A stretch of DNA of 64,000 nt, taken from positions 16,306,001 to 16,370,000 of the forward strand of contig NC_086108.1 in NCBI RefSeq assembly GCF_963921235.1. The letters are read 5' to 3'. The stretch is from Mobula hypostoma (taxonomy: Eukaryota). The notes under the pieces are model-generated. The model searched no databases. It was not told where the DNA came from and worked only from the letters and a program-made list of their open reading frames with translations. Shown in pieces: positions 48,691 through 62,318 of this stretch. The stretch's first letter is position 1, and each line of letters opens with the position of its first letter. The position numbers and the translations under genes were made by a program.

Positions 48691-50926
48691 AGTTCTGACA
48701 CTATTTTTTTCAGTAAGATGCCGCACAGACACACCACAATCAAGCTTCTGCAATAACTCCACTTTGTGTTATTGATAATGATAGATGCTTCCTTCTCTTT
48801 TTCTCATTGTTACCCATAGGGATATCTGCAGCTCTTCTTGACATCTTCACAGTGAAATTAAACACAAAGTCAACAGTGAACACAAAATATCAGCCAACAG
48901 CAAATGCACATGTAACCACTACGAGCGCTGAGCCACAACTGACATCTGGTGGCCTCTGCTAGTGCTGCCATGTCACACCTGAGTGTCGTCAGCTGTTGGC
49001 GAAAAAAACTTCGGTTTTTGGAGCTATTTGGATTTCAGGATTTCAAATAAAGGAATGTGCACCTGTACTTAACTAGCCAATCATGTGGTAGCAACTCAAT
49101 GCATAAAAACATGTAGACATGGTCAAGAGGTTCAGTTGTTGTTCAAACCAAACATCAGAAGGGGAAAGAAATATGATTCCTTCCTTTTGAAGGGCTGATT
49201 ATTGACTATAGGAGGAGGAAACCAGAGGTCCATGAGCTAGTCCTCATCAAGGGATTAGAGGTGGAGAGGGCCAGCAAATTTTAATTCCTCAGCATTAACA
49301 TTTCACAGGATCTATCCTGGGTCCAGCACACAAATGTCATTACAAAGAAAGCACAGCTGGTTTCAGTGATGTCATTGCCCAGAATGGCAGCTTAAATCAA
49401 CAGCTCCTCTGGAAAAACGCACATTTTACCCAGTTAATCCATCAAATATCTTTCGAAAATATCTCAATTGATGAGGGGGGCAAGAATGGAGATAGAAAAA
49501 GCATCACTACGGAGCCTATGGAAGAGAGAGGTGCAACGCGCGGCTCTCCTACACGTGCACGTGGTGGCGAAGCAGATGCAGGGCCTCGTTCAGGTGAAGC
49601 GGCAAATATAATAAAGATTCTGGAAGAGATCAGGGAAGTCCAAAAAGATATAAAACAGCAAATCAATGATATCAAGTCAGAGCTCACCAACATCAATCAG
49701 AAAATAGCGGTAGCAGAGACTCGAATTGAGAAGGTCAAAGATCGCGTGCAAAATGTGAAACAGATGCTAGTAAAACAATAAAAATATTAGATCAACAGGA
49801 AAGTAAATTGCTTGACCAGGAGGGAAGATCGCAACGGAAAAATATCAGGATTTATAATGTTCCCGAAGGAGCGGAGGGTTTGTCGATGACAGACTTTGTA
49901 GAAAAGTTGCTGCAGGAAGTGCAGGAGATTCCACCGACTATGGAGATTGAAATTGAGAGTGTGCATCGTGCACTCGTCCCGAGGCCTCCCGCAGACAGAG
50001 AAAGTAAGCCGCGCTCAATAGTACTTAGATTCCTTCGATTCAAGAGCAAGGCGGAGATTCTACGAAGGGCCTGGGGTAAGAAAAGGGTGTTTTGGAACGG
50101 GAAGTTAATATACATCGATCATGATTACCCCCTGACGGTCCTACATAAATGGAGGGAATATCCCGAAGTGAAATGAATATTAAAGCAAGAAAAGATTAAA
50201 TTCCAAACCTCGTACCCTGCTAAATTGAGAGTATTTGACGAAGGAGAGAGACAGTTATATCCGACAGTGGAAGAGGCGACTGCAGACATGAACAACAGAG
50301 GACTGCCCGTTAGCGTGGTCAAACTAAGGGAAAGTCTGGCTCAGCAGTAATCCCGATCTGCTTGGGAAATAGTAAGAGAACCGAGAAAGCAGGGGATGGG
50401 AGAAGGACGAGAGAAGGATATTAGAAAGAGACTGTGAGTTCTCCGAAGACAGCTCTCACCTTCTCCAGAACAGCCATAAGGTTTGGCTATCTTTAAAAGT
50501 GCTGATAAACTAAACGGAAGCAAAAATAGACCGTGATATACCTATCTTGAGAAATACGTATTATAACGTGGATTTTATATTACTCAATTTTCTTCATTCA
50601 TTCATTCACTCCTTTTTCCCCACCTAAATGAGAATATATATATGGGAGGAATACACAGGGAAATCTTTTCTGTGTAATGGACATAGATTTTTTTATTTAC
50701 TTTTATAGGTACTGCAACGAGGGCCATCAAATTACAGGTAGGAGGGGCTATCCCCCACGGCTAGACATTTTCTCTAGCTCAACCCAGGGTCATCTAGAGA
50801 CCCCAGCCTTGGAATCACACCTTCATTACCTTTTTTTTATTATTCGCGTTTCTTGGTTCTTATTTGTTCAGGGAGTAGATTGATTAAGTTATATTCTGCA
50901 AATTTCAATGATATACTAACAGGTAA

Positions 50927-51935
50927 CCTCTAACCATTGACACCAGTGCTGGGTCCATTGTTATTTGTCATCTATATCAATGATCTGGATGATAATGTGG
51001 TAAATTGCATCAGCAAATTTGCTGATGATACAAAGATTGGAGGTGTAGTAGACAGTGAGCAAGGTTTTCAGAGCCTGCAGAGGGACTTGGACCAGCTGGA
51101 AAAATGGGCTGAAAAATGGCAGATGGAGTTTAATACAGACAAGTGTGAGGTATTGCACGTTGGAAGGACAAACCAAGGTAGAACATACAGGGTTAATGGT
51201 AAGGCACTGAGGAGTGCAGTGGAACAGAGGGATCTGGGAATACAGATACAAAATTCCCTAAAAGTGGCGTCACAGGTAGATAGGGTCGTAAAGAGAGCTT
51301 TTGGTATATTGGCCTTTATCAATCAAAGTATTGAGTATATCAGCTGGAATGTTATGATGAGGTTGTATAAGGCATTGGTGAGGCAGAATCTGGAGTATTG
51401 TGTTCAGTTTTGGTCACCAAATTACAGGAAGGATATAAATAAGGTTGAAAGAGTGCAGAAAAGGTTTACAAGGATGTTGCCAGGACTTGAGAAACTCAGT
51501 TACAGAGAAAGGTTGAATAGGTTAGGACTTTATTCCCTGGAGCGTAGAAGAATGAGGGGAGATTTGATAGAGGTATATAAAATTATGATGGGTATAGATA
51601 GAGTGAATGCAAGCAGGCTTTTTCCACTGAGGCAAGGGGAGAAAAAAAACCCAGAGGACATGGGTTTAGGGCGAGGGGGGAAAAGTTTAAAGGGAACATT
51701 AGGGGGGGCTTCTTCACACAAAGAGTGGTGGGAGTATGGAATGAGCTGCCAGATGAGGTGGTAAATGCGGGTTCTTTTTTAACATTTAAGAATAAATTGG
51801 ACAGATACATGGATGGGAGGTGTATAGAGGGATATGGTCCGTGTGCAGGTCAGTGGGACTAGGCAGAAAATGGTTTGGCGCAGCCAAGAAGGGCCAAAAG
51901 GCCTGTTTCTGTGCTGTAGTTTCTATGGTTTCTAT
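50927..51935 (+). mobile_element. 5'-truncated CR1-type LINE in the L1 inter-ORF region
   Basis: RT C-terminus FADDTKIGG; tail ttctatggtttctatgg; short ggtaa repeat on both flanks. Confidence 0.9.
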
Positions 51936-53982
51936 GGTAAATACACATGGCTAAGGACAAAGTAAAATTCATTTCTTTTAATGTCAATGGGCTGTTAAAT
52001 CCAATCAAACGAAGTAAAATTCTATCAAAAATTTTGAAGTACTTGAAATTGGAGGTAAGGAGGGCAAATATATTCTGGTTAAGTGGGAGTATAGACAGAA
52101 ATCCAGTTACTTTATTGAATATATACGCACCCCCAGGAAGTGATATTAGTTTCTTCCAGAAAATTACTAATATTATGGTAACAGAAACAGAAGGTCTCTT
52201 GATATGTGGGGGAGACTTAAATTTACAATTACAACCAAAGTTAGACTCTTCCAATAGAAAAACTTATGAGACAAAGTCCTTATATAAGAAAGTTAACACT
52301 CTTTTTGAGCATGTTGATCTAATTGATATATGGAGGGATCTTTACCCCGATAGAAGGGATTACACTCATTATTCTGTCCCCCATTCCGTATATACAAGAA
52401 TAGACTATTTCATAACATTTGGAAAAGACAAAGACAAAATAAACACCTGTGGAATTGAGACAATAGATGTAAGTGACCATGCACCTATACATTTATCTGT
52501 TGATTTTAACCTACTACCAAAGTATACTATTTGGAAACTAAATTCAAGTCCACTCAATGATTTCTATTTTAAGGAACAAATTAAAAAAGAAATTGGTCTT
52601 TACTTAGAATTCAATGATAATGGAGAGGTTTCACCTCCCATTCTATGGGATACTCTGAAGGCTGTCTTAAGAGGGAAAATTATAGTGGTATCTTCATATA
52701 AGAAAACAAAAGGGTTAAAACATTACAGGAATTACAAAATAAGCTGAAGGAACTAGAAAAAAAACACAAATTGAGTTTGTCACAGGATACACTGGAGGAA
52801 ATTTTAAAAATTAGGAATGAAATTAACAGTTTGGCTACACAAGAAATTAGAAAAAAATTAATGTTTCTGAAACAGAGACACTATGAAAGTGGATCTAAAT
52901 CTATGAGAATACTGGCATGGAAACTGAAAAAAAAGACAGCAGAAAATACAATTCATAGAATTAGGGATCCAAAAACAAAAGTGATAAAAAAAATAAGCTA
53001 AGTTTAATTCAAGAAGTTTTTGAAATGTTTTACAAAACTCTATATTCCAAAGCTCCAGGGGAAAGCATAGCCCAGATTGACACCTTCCTGAATTCTTTAG
53101 AGTTACCCACTTTAAGCAAAGAACAAAATAGAACGATGACTGCTGACATAACTGAAGCTGAACTAAAAACTGCAATTAGTAGGCTTAAATTATGCAAGTC
53201 ACCAGGATCAGATGGATATATGGCAGAGTGGTATAAGGAATTTAGAAATGAATTAATTCCGGTTTTGCTCCCCACACTGAACTGGGCTCTAAGAAAGGCA
53301 CAAATGCCACCCAGCTGGAAGGAGGTGATAATCTCAGCTATACCGAAAGAAGGCAAGGAAAAAATGGAATGTGGGTCATTTACACCAATATCTGTTCTTA
53401 ATGTGGATTATAGATTATTTACCTCCATCATGGGCAAACAATTAGAAGAGTTTCTACCCACACTGAAACATAATGATTATACAACAATGCCAAACACAAG
53501 ACAATATACGAAGGACACTTCACATGATGATCTTATAAAAAAAAATGAAATTGAAGCAATAGTGATAAGTGTGGACACTGAAAAGGCATTTGATTTGGTT
53601 AACTGGAATTTTCTTTACAGAGTTTTACATAGATTTGGTCTACATGACACAATTATTAAAACAATACAGGCACTATATGACATTCCTACTGCTAGAATTA
53701 AAATCAATGGATATATATCTAATAGTTTTACCCAAGAAAGGGGCACGAGACAGGGTTGTGCATAATCAACACTACTCTTCGCGTTATATCTGGAACCATT
53801 AGTTCAACACATCAGACAAAATGAAGATATCAGAGGAATTACTATTAAAGGGACAGAACATAAATCGGCCTGTTATGTGGATGATATTTTGGTCCATCTA
53901 GGGCAACCAACATACTCTTTACCTACATTGATGCAATCCTTTGAACAATATGGCCAATTATCAGGATACAAGATCAACATAG

Positions 53983-54827
53983 TGTTACGTACCCCGTAAC
54001 TGGGTTGCCAAACCAGCAGAAATGGATCACTCAGTTGGAGTCTGGAGTACTAGAACTAAGAAAGCTTTATTAAAGAAACAAGCAACACAGTAATCGAAAG
54101 GATAATAAATGCAACAGTTCAGCGATGATAAACACACATGTGCACAAAATTAAGATAACAACATCAATCAAGCTCTATCGTTGTCTAGGGGTAAATGACC
54201 AAATTTCAAAGTGACTCAAAGTTCAGTCCAGTTTAGTAGTTCAGTTCGCAGTAATCGCTGCCATGGCGATGGACAACATGGGGGAAGAGAGAGAGGGAAC
54301 AGGAACAACTGATCATTCAGACACGGCTTCACTCACAGACCGGCGATTTTGGGCGGGTCCTTGGTGATGTCACCTGAGGTCACCGACTGTGACCCCTCCT
54401 CCAGATGTGGTCGATCCTCTGCAGTGAACCCGGCACCCAGGCAAGGGCGGACACACACCGGGCTCCCGCTGATCGTACCTTTCCACCCTGTGCGTTGTCC
54501 GATACTTCTCACCAACTCGAGAGAGGCGTACCGCTTCCAGGGTCTCGTTACCTCGGGTGGCGTGTGTCCTGCCTTAGCGAACCTGTCCCTTTTTATCCCC
54601 CTGCTGGGGCATCGCCTGTCCATCACTTCAAACAGTTCAAGGTTCAAAGGGGGGAGCCGCTCCAGACAGCTCTCTCTTCCCCCGTTCCTTCAGTACACAT
54701 CTCCAGACGCTGCTCCATTGTTCCTTATCTCTCCTTCCCCTGAGGGCAGGTGGCAGACCACTTGCTGATGTCACTGATGCTAACCCAGGCCAGCAAACCT
54801 CTTAATTTTATGTGTATTCTCGTCACA
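53983..54827 (-). mobile_element. Solo LTR (845 bp)
   Basis: Termini TGTTACG...CGTCACA; 4-bp TSD atag (53979-53982 / 54828-54831); interrupts L1 ORF2; minus-strand AATAAA at 54066-54071 and TATA-like GATAAAAG near 54590-54597. Confidence 0.88.
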
Positions 54828-56326
54828 ATAGATAAAACCCAACTACTTTCATGTAACTATAGCCCACCACGAGAAATTGAAAGTAGATATCCTTGGGCAT
54901 GGCAAACAGGGTCTGTCAAATATTTGGGCATCATTAGGCCAAAAGATTCCGCAAAATTATCAGAATGCAATTATCAGCCTACATATAAAAAAAATTAAGG
55001 AACATATAACAAGATGGAATCTAATTCCTTTTCTTGGTCTCAGCTCAAGGACTGAATCTATTAAAATGTATGTACTGCCCAGACTACTATATCTCTTTCA
55101 GACCCTACCAATACAGATTAACCAAAATCAATTCAATTAATGGAACAAGATCCTATCAAGACATATATGGCAAGGTAAAAGGCCTAAAATTCGTCTCAAA
55201 ACTTTGCAATTAGCCAAGGAAAAGGGGGGATGGGGCCTACCTTCTCTTAGAGATTACTATTTTGCAGCACAGTTGAGAGCTGTGATATGCTGGTGCAATC
55301 CATCATATGCCGCTTAATGGAAAAACATTGAGGAGAGGATACTTTCCATCCTCATACAGGCAATTTTGGCTGATAACAACCTACAAAGTTATTTAAACAC
55401 TACTGATAACCCATGGTTGAAATGGACTCTTAAAATATGAAAAACTATTATGAAAGAATATAAACTAGAGAGAGAGACATTGCAATTTTTAAATAGCATG
55501 CATATGACTTGGATTTTACGCCAAACAAACTGGATGCCAGATTTAAGGACTGGACAACTAAAGCAATAACAGCTATTTGCAATATAATAAAAGAAGAAAC
55601 AATGTTCAGTTTTGAAATGCTCAAAGAGAAACACTTATTAGAAAAACAAGACTTTTATCGACATTTACAGATGCGACAGTATGTTAATAGGATGGTTAAA
55701 AGTGTAAACAAGGCAAGTACATGTTTGATAGAGCTATTTAGAAAAGCATATAATTCAGACAACGGTAGTAGAATAATTTCAAGCATGAATAATGGTTTGC
55801 CAAATCTTAAAACACATTTGACTTCATACATTAAAACAAAATGGGAGAAGGAAGCAGGGATAATAATATCTGAAGAAGAATGGACAATAATATAGAGGTA
55901 TCAATGGAAGAGTACCAGTTCACAGAAATGGAGGGAGTTCGGGTGGAAAAACTTGGTAAGATATTTTATTACACCCTCTCAGAAATCCCATTATGATAGT
56001 AATCTCCCTGTTTGCTGGAGAAATTGTGGAAATCAAAATGCAAACCGTTATCATATTTTCTGAGAATGCCTCGTTATCAAAGACTATTGGAGTGGGATAC
56101 ACAATGCCCTACAAGACATCTTTAAATGTGAAATACCCTTATATTTTGGGTATATACTTCAAGAATGGTTGAAAAGACATAAATATTTCATGAATATACT
56201 GCTGGTGGCTGGTAAAAAGACCCTTACCAGGAAATGGTCAGCACAGGAGACCCCAACTTTAAATGTATGGATGGAATTACAATGGACATTTACAAAATGG
56301 AGAAGATAACAGCATCTGTTAATCAT

Positions 56327-59300
56327 AACCATAACCATATAACAATTACAGCACAGAAACAGACCATCTCGGCCCTTCTAGTCAGTGCTGAACCCCTACT
56401 CTCACCTAGTCCCACCGACTTGCACTCAGCCCATAACCCTCCATTCCTTTCCTGTCCATATAGCTGTCCAATTTAATTTTAAATGCCAACATCGAATCTG
56501 CCTCAACCACTTCTGCTGGAAGCTCATTCCACACAGCTACCACTCTCTGAGTAGAGAAGTTCCTCCTCAAGTTACCCCTAAACTTTTGCCCTTTAACTCT
56601 CAACTCATGTCCTCTTGTTTGATTCTCCCCTACTCTCAGTGGAAAAAGCCTATCCACATCAACTCTATCTATCCCCCTTATAATTTTAAATACCTCTATT
56701 AAGTCCCCCCTAAACCTTCTACATTCCAAAGAATAAAGACCTAACTTGTTCAACCTTTCTCTGTAACTTAGGAGATGAAACCCAGGTAGCATTCTAGGAA
56801 ATCTTCTCTGTACTCTCTCTATTTTGTTGACATCTTTCCTATAATTCGGTGACCAAAACTGTACACAATACTCCAAATTTGGCCTCACCAATGCCTTGTA
56901 CAATTTCAACATTACATCCCAACTCCTAAACTCAATGCTCTGATTTATAAAGGCCAGCATACCAAAAGCTTTCTTCACCACCCTGTTCACATGAGATTCC
57001 ACCTTCAGGGAACTATGCACCATTATTCCTAGATCCCACTGCTCTACTGCATTCTTCAATGCCCTACCGTTTACCATGTACGTCCTATTTTGATTAGTCC
57101 TACCAAAATGTAACACCTCACATTTACCAGCATTAAACTCCATCTGCCATCTTTCAGCCCACTCTTCTAACCAGCCGAAATCTCTCTGCAAGCTTTGAAA
57201 ACGTACTTCATTATCCACAACTCCACCTATCTTAGTATCATCTGCATACTTACTCATCCAATTTACCACCCCATCATCCAGATCATTAATGTATATGACA
57301 AGTAACATTGGACCCATTACAGATCCCTGAAGTGCACCACTAAACACCGACCTCCAATCTGACAAACAGTTATCTACCACCACTCTCTGGTGCCTCACAT
57401 CTAGCCACTGCTGAATCCATTTTACTACTTCAATATTAATACTTAACGATTGAACCTTCCTAACCAACCTTCCATGTGGGACCTTGCCAAAGGCCTTACT
57501 GAAGTCCATATAGACAACATCCACCGCTTTACCCTCATCAACTTTGCTAGTAACCTCTTCAAAAAATTCAATAAGATTTGACAAACATGACTTTCCATGC
57601 ACAAATCCATGTTGACTGTTCCTAATCAGACCCTGTCTATCCAGATAATTACAAACCCCATTTCCAGAAAAGCTGGGATATTTTCCAAAATGCAATAAAA
57701 ACAAAAATCTGTGATATGTTAATTCACATGAACCTTTATTTAACTGACAAAAATACAAAGAAAAGATTTTCAATAGTTTTACTGACCAACTTAATTGTAT
57801 TTTGTAAACATACACAAATTTAGAATTTGATGGCTGCAACACACTCAACAAAAGTTGGGACAGAGTTAAAATAAGATTGAAAAGTGCACAGAATATGGTT
57901 TGGAAGACTCCACATTAAGCAGGCTAATTGGTAGCAGGTGAGATATCATGACTGGGTATAAAGGTAGCGTCCATCAAAGGCTCAGTCTTTGCAAGCAAGG
58001 ATGGGTCGTGGCTCACCCCTTGGTGCTAAAATTCGTGAGAGAATTGTTAGTCAGTTCAAAAGGAACATTTCTCAACGCAAGATTGCAGAGAATATAGGTC
58101 TTTCAACATCTACAGTACATAATATTGTGAAAAGATTCAGATAATTCAGAGACATCTCAGTGGTTTCCGACCTTGCCCTTTACGCACTGTTGAATGCGCG
58201 TGATCTTCGAGCCCTCAGGCGGCACTGCCTAAGAAACCGTCATGCTACTGTGACAACTATAGCCACCTGGGCTCGGGAGTACTTCGGAAAACCATTGTCA
58301 CTCAACACAGTCCGTCGCTGCATCCAGAAATGCAACTTGGAACTGTTTTACGCAAGGAGGAAGCCATACATCAACTCTATGCAGAAATGCCAGTGAATTC
58401 TCCGGGCCCGAGCTCATCTCAGGTGGACCGAAAGACTATGGAACCGTGTGCTGTGGTCAGATGAGTCCACATTTCAGCTAGTTTTCGGAAAAAACTGGCG
58501 TCGAGTTCTCCGTGCCAAAGATGAAAACCACCATCCAGATTGTTATCAGCGAAAGGTGCAAAAGCCAGCATCTGTGATGGTATGGGGGGTGCATCAGTGC
58601 CCATGGAATGGGTGAGTTGCATGTATGTGAAGGTACCATTGACTATGAGGCCTATATTAGGATTTTAGAGAGACATATGTTGCCATCAAGGCGACATTTC
58701 TTCCCGGGACGTCCATGCTTATTTCAGCTGGACAATGCCAGACCACATTCTGCACGGGCTACAACAGCGTGGCTTTGTAGACAGAGTGCGTGTGCTTGAC
58801 TGGCCTGCTAGTCCAGATCTATCTCCTATTGAAAAAGTATGGCGCATCATGAAGAGGAGAATCAGACAACGGAGACCACGGACTGTTGAGCAGCTGAAGT
58901 CTTATATCAAGCAAGAATGGACAAAATTTCCAATTGCAAATCAACTACAATTAGTATCCTCAGTTCCAAAATGATTAAAAAGTGTTATTAAAAGGAAAGG
59001 TGATGTAACACAATGGTAAACATGCCTCTGTCCCAACTTTTGTTGAGTGTGTTGCAGCCATCAAATTCTAAATTTGTGTATGTTTACAAAATACAATTAA
59101 GTTGGTCAGTAAAACTATTGAAAATCTTTTCTTTGTACTTTTGTCAGTTAAATAAAGGTTCACGTGAATTAACATATCACAGATTTTTGTTTTTATTGGA
59201 TTTTCTGGAAAATATCCCAACTTTTCTGGAAATGGGGTTTGTATATATAACATCCCTAAGAATATGTTCCATCAATTTACCCACCACTGACGTCAAACTC

Positions 59301-60120
59301 ACAGGCCGATAATTGCTAGGTTTACTCTTAGAACCCTTTTTAAACAATGGAACAACATGAGCAATACGCCAATCCTCCGGCACTATCCCCATTTCTAATG
59401 ACATTTGAAATATTTCTGTCAGAACCCCTGCTATTTCCACACTAACTTCCCTCAAGGTCCTAGGGAATATCCTGTTAGGACCCGGAGACTTATCCACTTC
59501 TATATTCCTTAAAAGCTCCAGTACTTCCTCTTCTTTAATCATCATAGTTTCCATAACTTCCCTACCAGTTTCTCTTATCTTACCCAATTCAATATCCTTC
59601 TCCTTAGTGAACACCGTAGAAAAGGAATTGTTCAGAATCTCCCCCATCTCTTTTGGCTCCACACATAGCTGTCCACTCTGACTCTCTCAGGGACCAATTT
59701 TATCCCTCACTATCCTTTTGTTATTAATATAATGGTAGAAACCCTTGGGATTTATTTTCACCTTACTTGCCAAAGCAACCTCATATCTTCTTTTAGCTTT
59801 TCTAATTTCTTTCTTAAGATTCTTTTTACATTCTTTATATTCCTCGAGCAGCTCATATTCTCTATGCTGCCTATATTTATTGTAGATATCTCTCTTTTTC
59901 CAAACCAAGTTTCCAATATCCCTTGAAAACCATGGCTCTCCCAAACTTTTAACCTCTCCTTTTATCCTAACAGGAACATAAAGATTCTGTACTCTCAAAA
60001 TTTCACCTTTAAATGACCTCCATTTCTCTATTACATTCTTCCCATAAAACAAATTGTCCCAATCCACTCCTTCTAAATCCTTCTGCATCTCCTCAAAGTT
60101 AGCCTTTCTCCAATCAAAAT
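56327..60120 (-). mobile_element. 5'-truncated CR1-type LINE nested in the L1 and split by a Tc1
   Basis: Tail (CCATAA)n on the plus strand; RT open 56406-57650 (YADDTKIGG); upstream part at 59244-60120. Confidence 0.9.
57652..59241 (+). mobile_element. Tc1/mariner DNA transposon, defective
   Basis: TA TSD (57650-57651 / 59242-59243); TIRs of about 210 bp (CAAACCCCATTTCCAG...); transposase remnants about 58001-59016 (WSDES, DNARPH, SPDLSPIE). Confidence 0.95.
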
Positions 60121-61194
60121 TAAGTTGGAACAATTTGATTCATACTGGGAAAAATGGTGTAACTACATAACACCTCATAGGCTTGATCTTATTCTCACAA
60201 GTCAATGAATATGTTGTAAAAAAAAGTTTGTACATAATTTTCTTCTTTTGATTGTTCTTTTCTTTCCTCTCCTTTCTGTAAGTATATACCTCAGATAAAT
60301 ATTATGCAGAGATTTTTGACAAATATGACTATATGATATATATGTATAGTATCTGAAATACATCTTATGGAAAGTTTTGTTTGATGATGAACTTCAATAA
60401 AAAATAAATTACAAAAAAAAACAAAGAAAGCATAGCGATCCCTCTTTCTTAGAAGTTTGCAAAGATTTGCCATGTCATCTAAAACTCTGTCAAACTTCTA
60501 AAGGTGTGTAATGAAGAGTATTTGACTGGTTGCATCATGGTCTGGTATGGAAACACCAACAGCATTGAATTGAAACGCCTACAAAAAGTAGTGGATATGG
60601 CCCTGTCTATCATGGGCAAAGCCCTCCCCATCATTCAGCACACCTACACTGAGCGCTGTCACAGGAAAAATGCATCCATCAACAAGGGCATCGTTAGAAC
60701 ATCATGTCTGAAGGACCCTTGCTGTGTTGTAATGTTCTATGTTTAAATCTTAAGTAGAAACAAACACTGGAAATATTCAGGTAACGCAGCACATGTAAAG
60801 AGTTAGTTTCAGGTTAACTACTTTTCTTCAGAATTAGCACCATGCAATAATTAGGTGAAAAGACATTAATCCATGAGATAAATGTTAGAATGAATAGAGG
60901 TAATCATTTACTGGTGCACAAGGTAAAAAAGTAACTGAGCAGGCACAGCAAGCTGTTAGAAAGATGAGAAGTATGTTAAAATCTCAAAAGGATTTGGAGG
61001 ATATTAATGTCTTGGCAGGATCTTATTTAGAATACGACATGCACTTTTTGATTTTACACCCACAACAGAATAAATCCATTTTGGAATAAGTGCAGAATAA
61101 ATTTAATAGGTTGATTCCAGGAATAAATAGGTTGTCAGCCAAGGAGAAATTAAGTCTGGCCTCTTCAAAAGAGTATTAGAAGTGGTGATCTCCA

Positions 61195-62318
61195 TGATAT
61201 GCTGGTGCAACCCATCATATGACGCTCAATGGAAAAACATGGAGGAGAGGATACTTTCCATCCCCATATAGGCAATCTTGGCTGATAACAACCTACAAAG
61301 TTTCGTAAATAATATTGACAACCTGTGGATGAAATGGACTCTTAAAATATTGAAAACTATTATAAAAGAATATAAACTAGAGAGAGACATTGCAATTCTT
61401 AAATGGTGTGCCGAATAAACTGGATGCTAGATATAAGGACTGGACAGCTAAAGCAATAACAGCTAATTGCAATATAATGAAAGAAGGAACACTGTTCAGT
61501 TTTGAAGTGCTCAAAGAGAAACACTTATTAGAATAGCAAGACTTTTACCGGTATTTACAGATGCGACAGTATGTTAATAGGACAGTTAAAAACGTAACCA
61601 AGGCAAGTACATGTCAGATAGAGCTATTTAGAAAAGCATATAATTCAGACAACGGTAGTAGAATAATTTCAAGCCTGTATAAGGGTTTGTCACAAATCCT
61701 AAAACACATTCGACTTCATACATTAAAACAAAATGGGAGAAGGAAGGAGGGATAATAATATCTGAGGAAGAATGGACAATAATATGGAGGTAACATACAT
61801 CAAAGTTGCTGGTGAACGCAGCAGGCCAGGCAGCATCTATAGGAAGAGGTGCAGTCGACGTTTCAGGCCGAGACCCTTCGTCAGGAATATGGAGGTACCA
61901 GTGGAAGTGTACCAGTTCACAGAAATGGAGGAAGTTCGGGTGGAAAGTCTTGATTAGATATTTTATTACACCCTCTCAGAAATCCTATTATGATAGTAAT
62001 CCCCTTGTTTGCTGGAGAAATTGTGGAAATCAAAATGCAAACTATTATCATATTTTCTGGGAATACCCCATTATCAAAGACTATTGGAGTGGGATACATA
62101 ATGCTCTACAAGACATCTTTAAGTGTGAAATACCTTTAGAGAGTAAGACCAATATTTTGGGTATATACCTCAAGAATGGTTGTAACAAGATAAATATTTA
62201 ATGAGTGTACTTCTGGTGACTGGTAAAAAGACCAGGAAATGGTTATCACAGGAGTGCCCAACTTTAAATGTATGGATGGAAAGTACAATGGACATTTACA
62301 AAATGGAGAAGATAACTG
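61195..62318 (+). mobile_element. L1-clade ORF2 3' fragment
   Basis: Homologous to 55284-56312; interrupted by a PLE mini-insertion. Confidence 0.88.
61793..61885 (-). mobile_element. PLE terminal-repeat mini-insertion (93 bp) with hammerhead core
   Basis: 12-bp TSD aatatggaggta (61781-61792 / 61886-61897); the empty site is visible in the other L1 copy near 55888-55901; starts C-CTGACGA on the minus strand. Confidence 0.92.

Larger units (their letters stand above)
49358..60420 (+). mobile_element. Full-length L1-clade LINE (defective) hosting nested elements
   Basis: 16-bp TSD acaaagaaagcacagc (49342-49357) / acaaagaaagcatagc (60421-60436); ORF1 about 49490-50480 (EGRSQRKNIRIYNVPEG); ORF2 from 51947 (SFNVNGL, GGDLN, TRIDY, GTRQG, CWRNC); 3' AATAAA and poly(A). 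Confidence 0.92.
49185..60690 (+). mobile_element. Rex1/Babar-like LINE fragment split by the L1 insertion (49185-49357 and 60421-60690)
   Basis: Coding-like sequence continues across the L1 TSD; YLTGCIMVWYG remnant at about 60520. Confidence 0.6.

Noticed and set aside
48900..49160. Possible short Tc1 or pogo-like transposon fragments
   Set aside because: Only one terminus-like motif and no paired TIR or TSD; too little to call.
56406..57851. 481-aa ORF as a novel gene
   Set aside because: Its first 67 or so codons are Tc1 TIR read antisense, running by chance in frame into a CR1 RT. The same N-terminal peptide appears at 59013-59312 from the other TIR.
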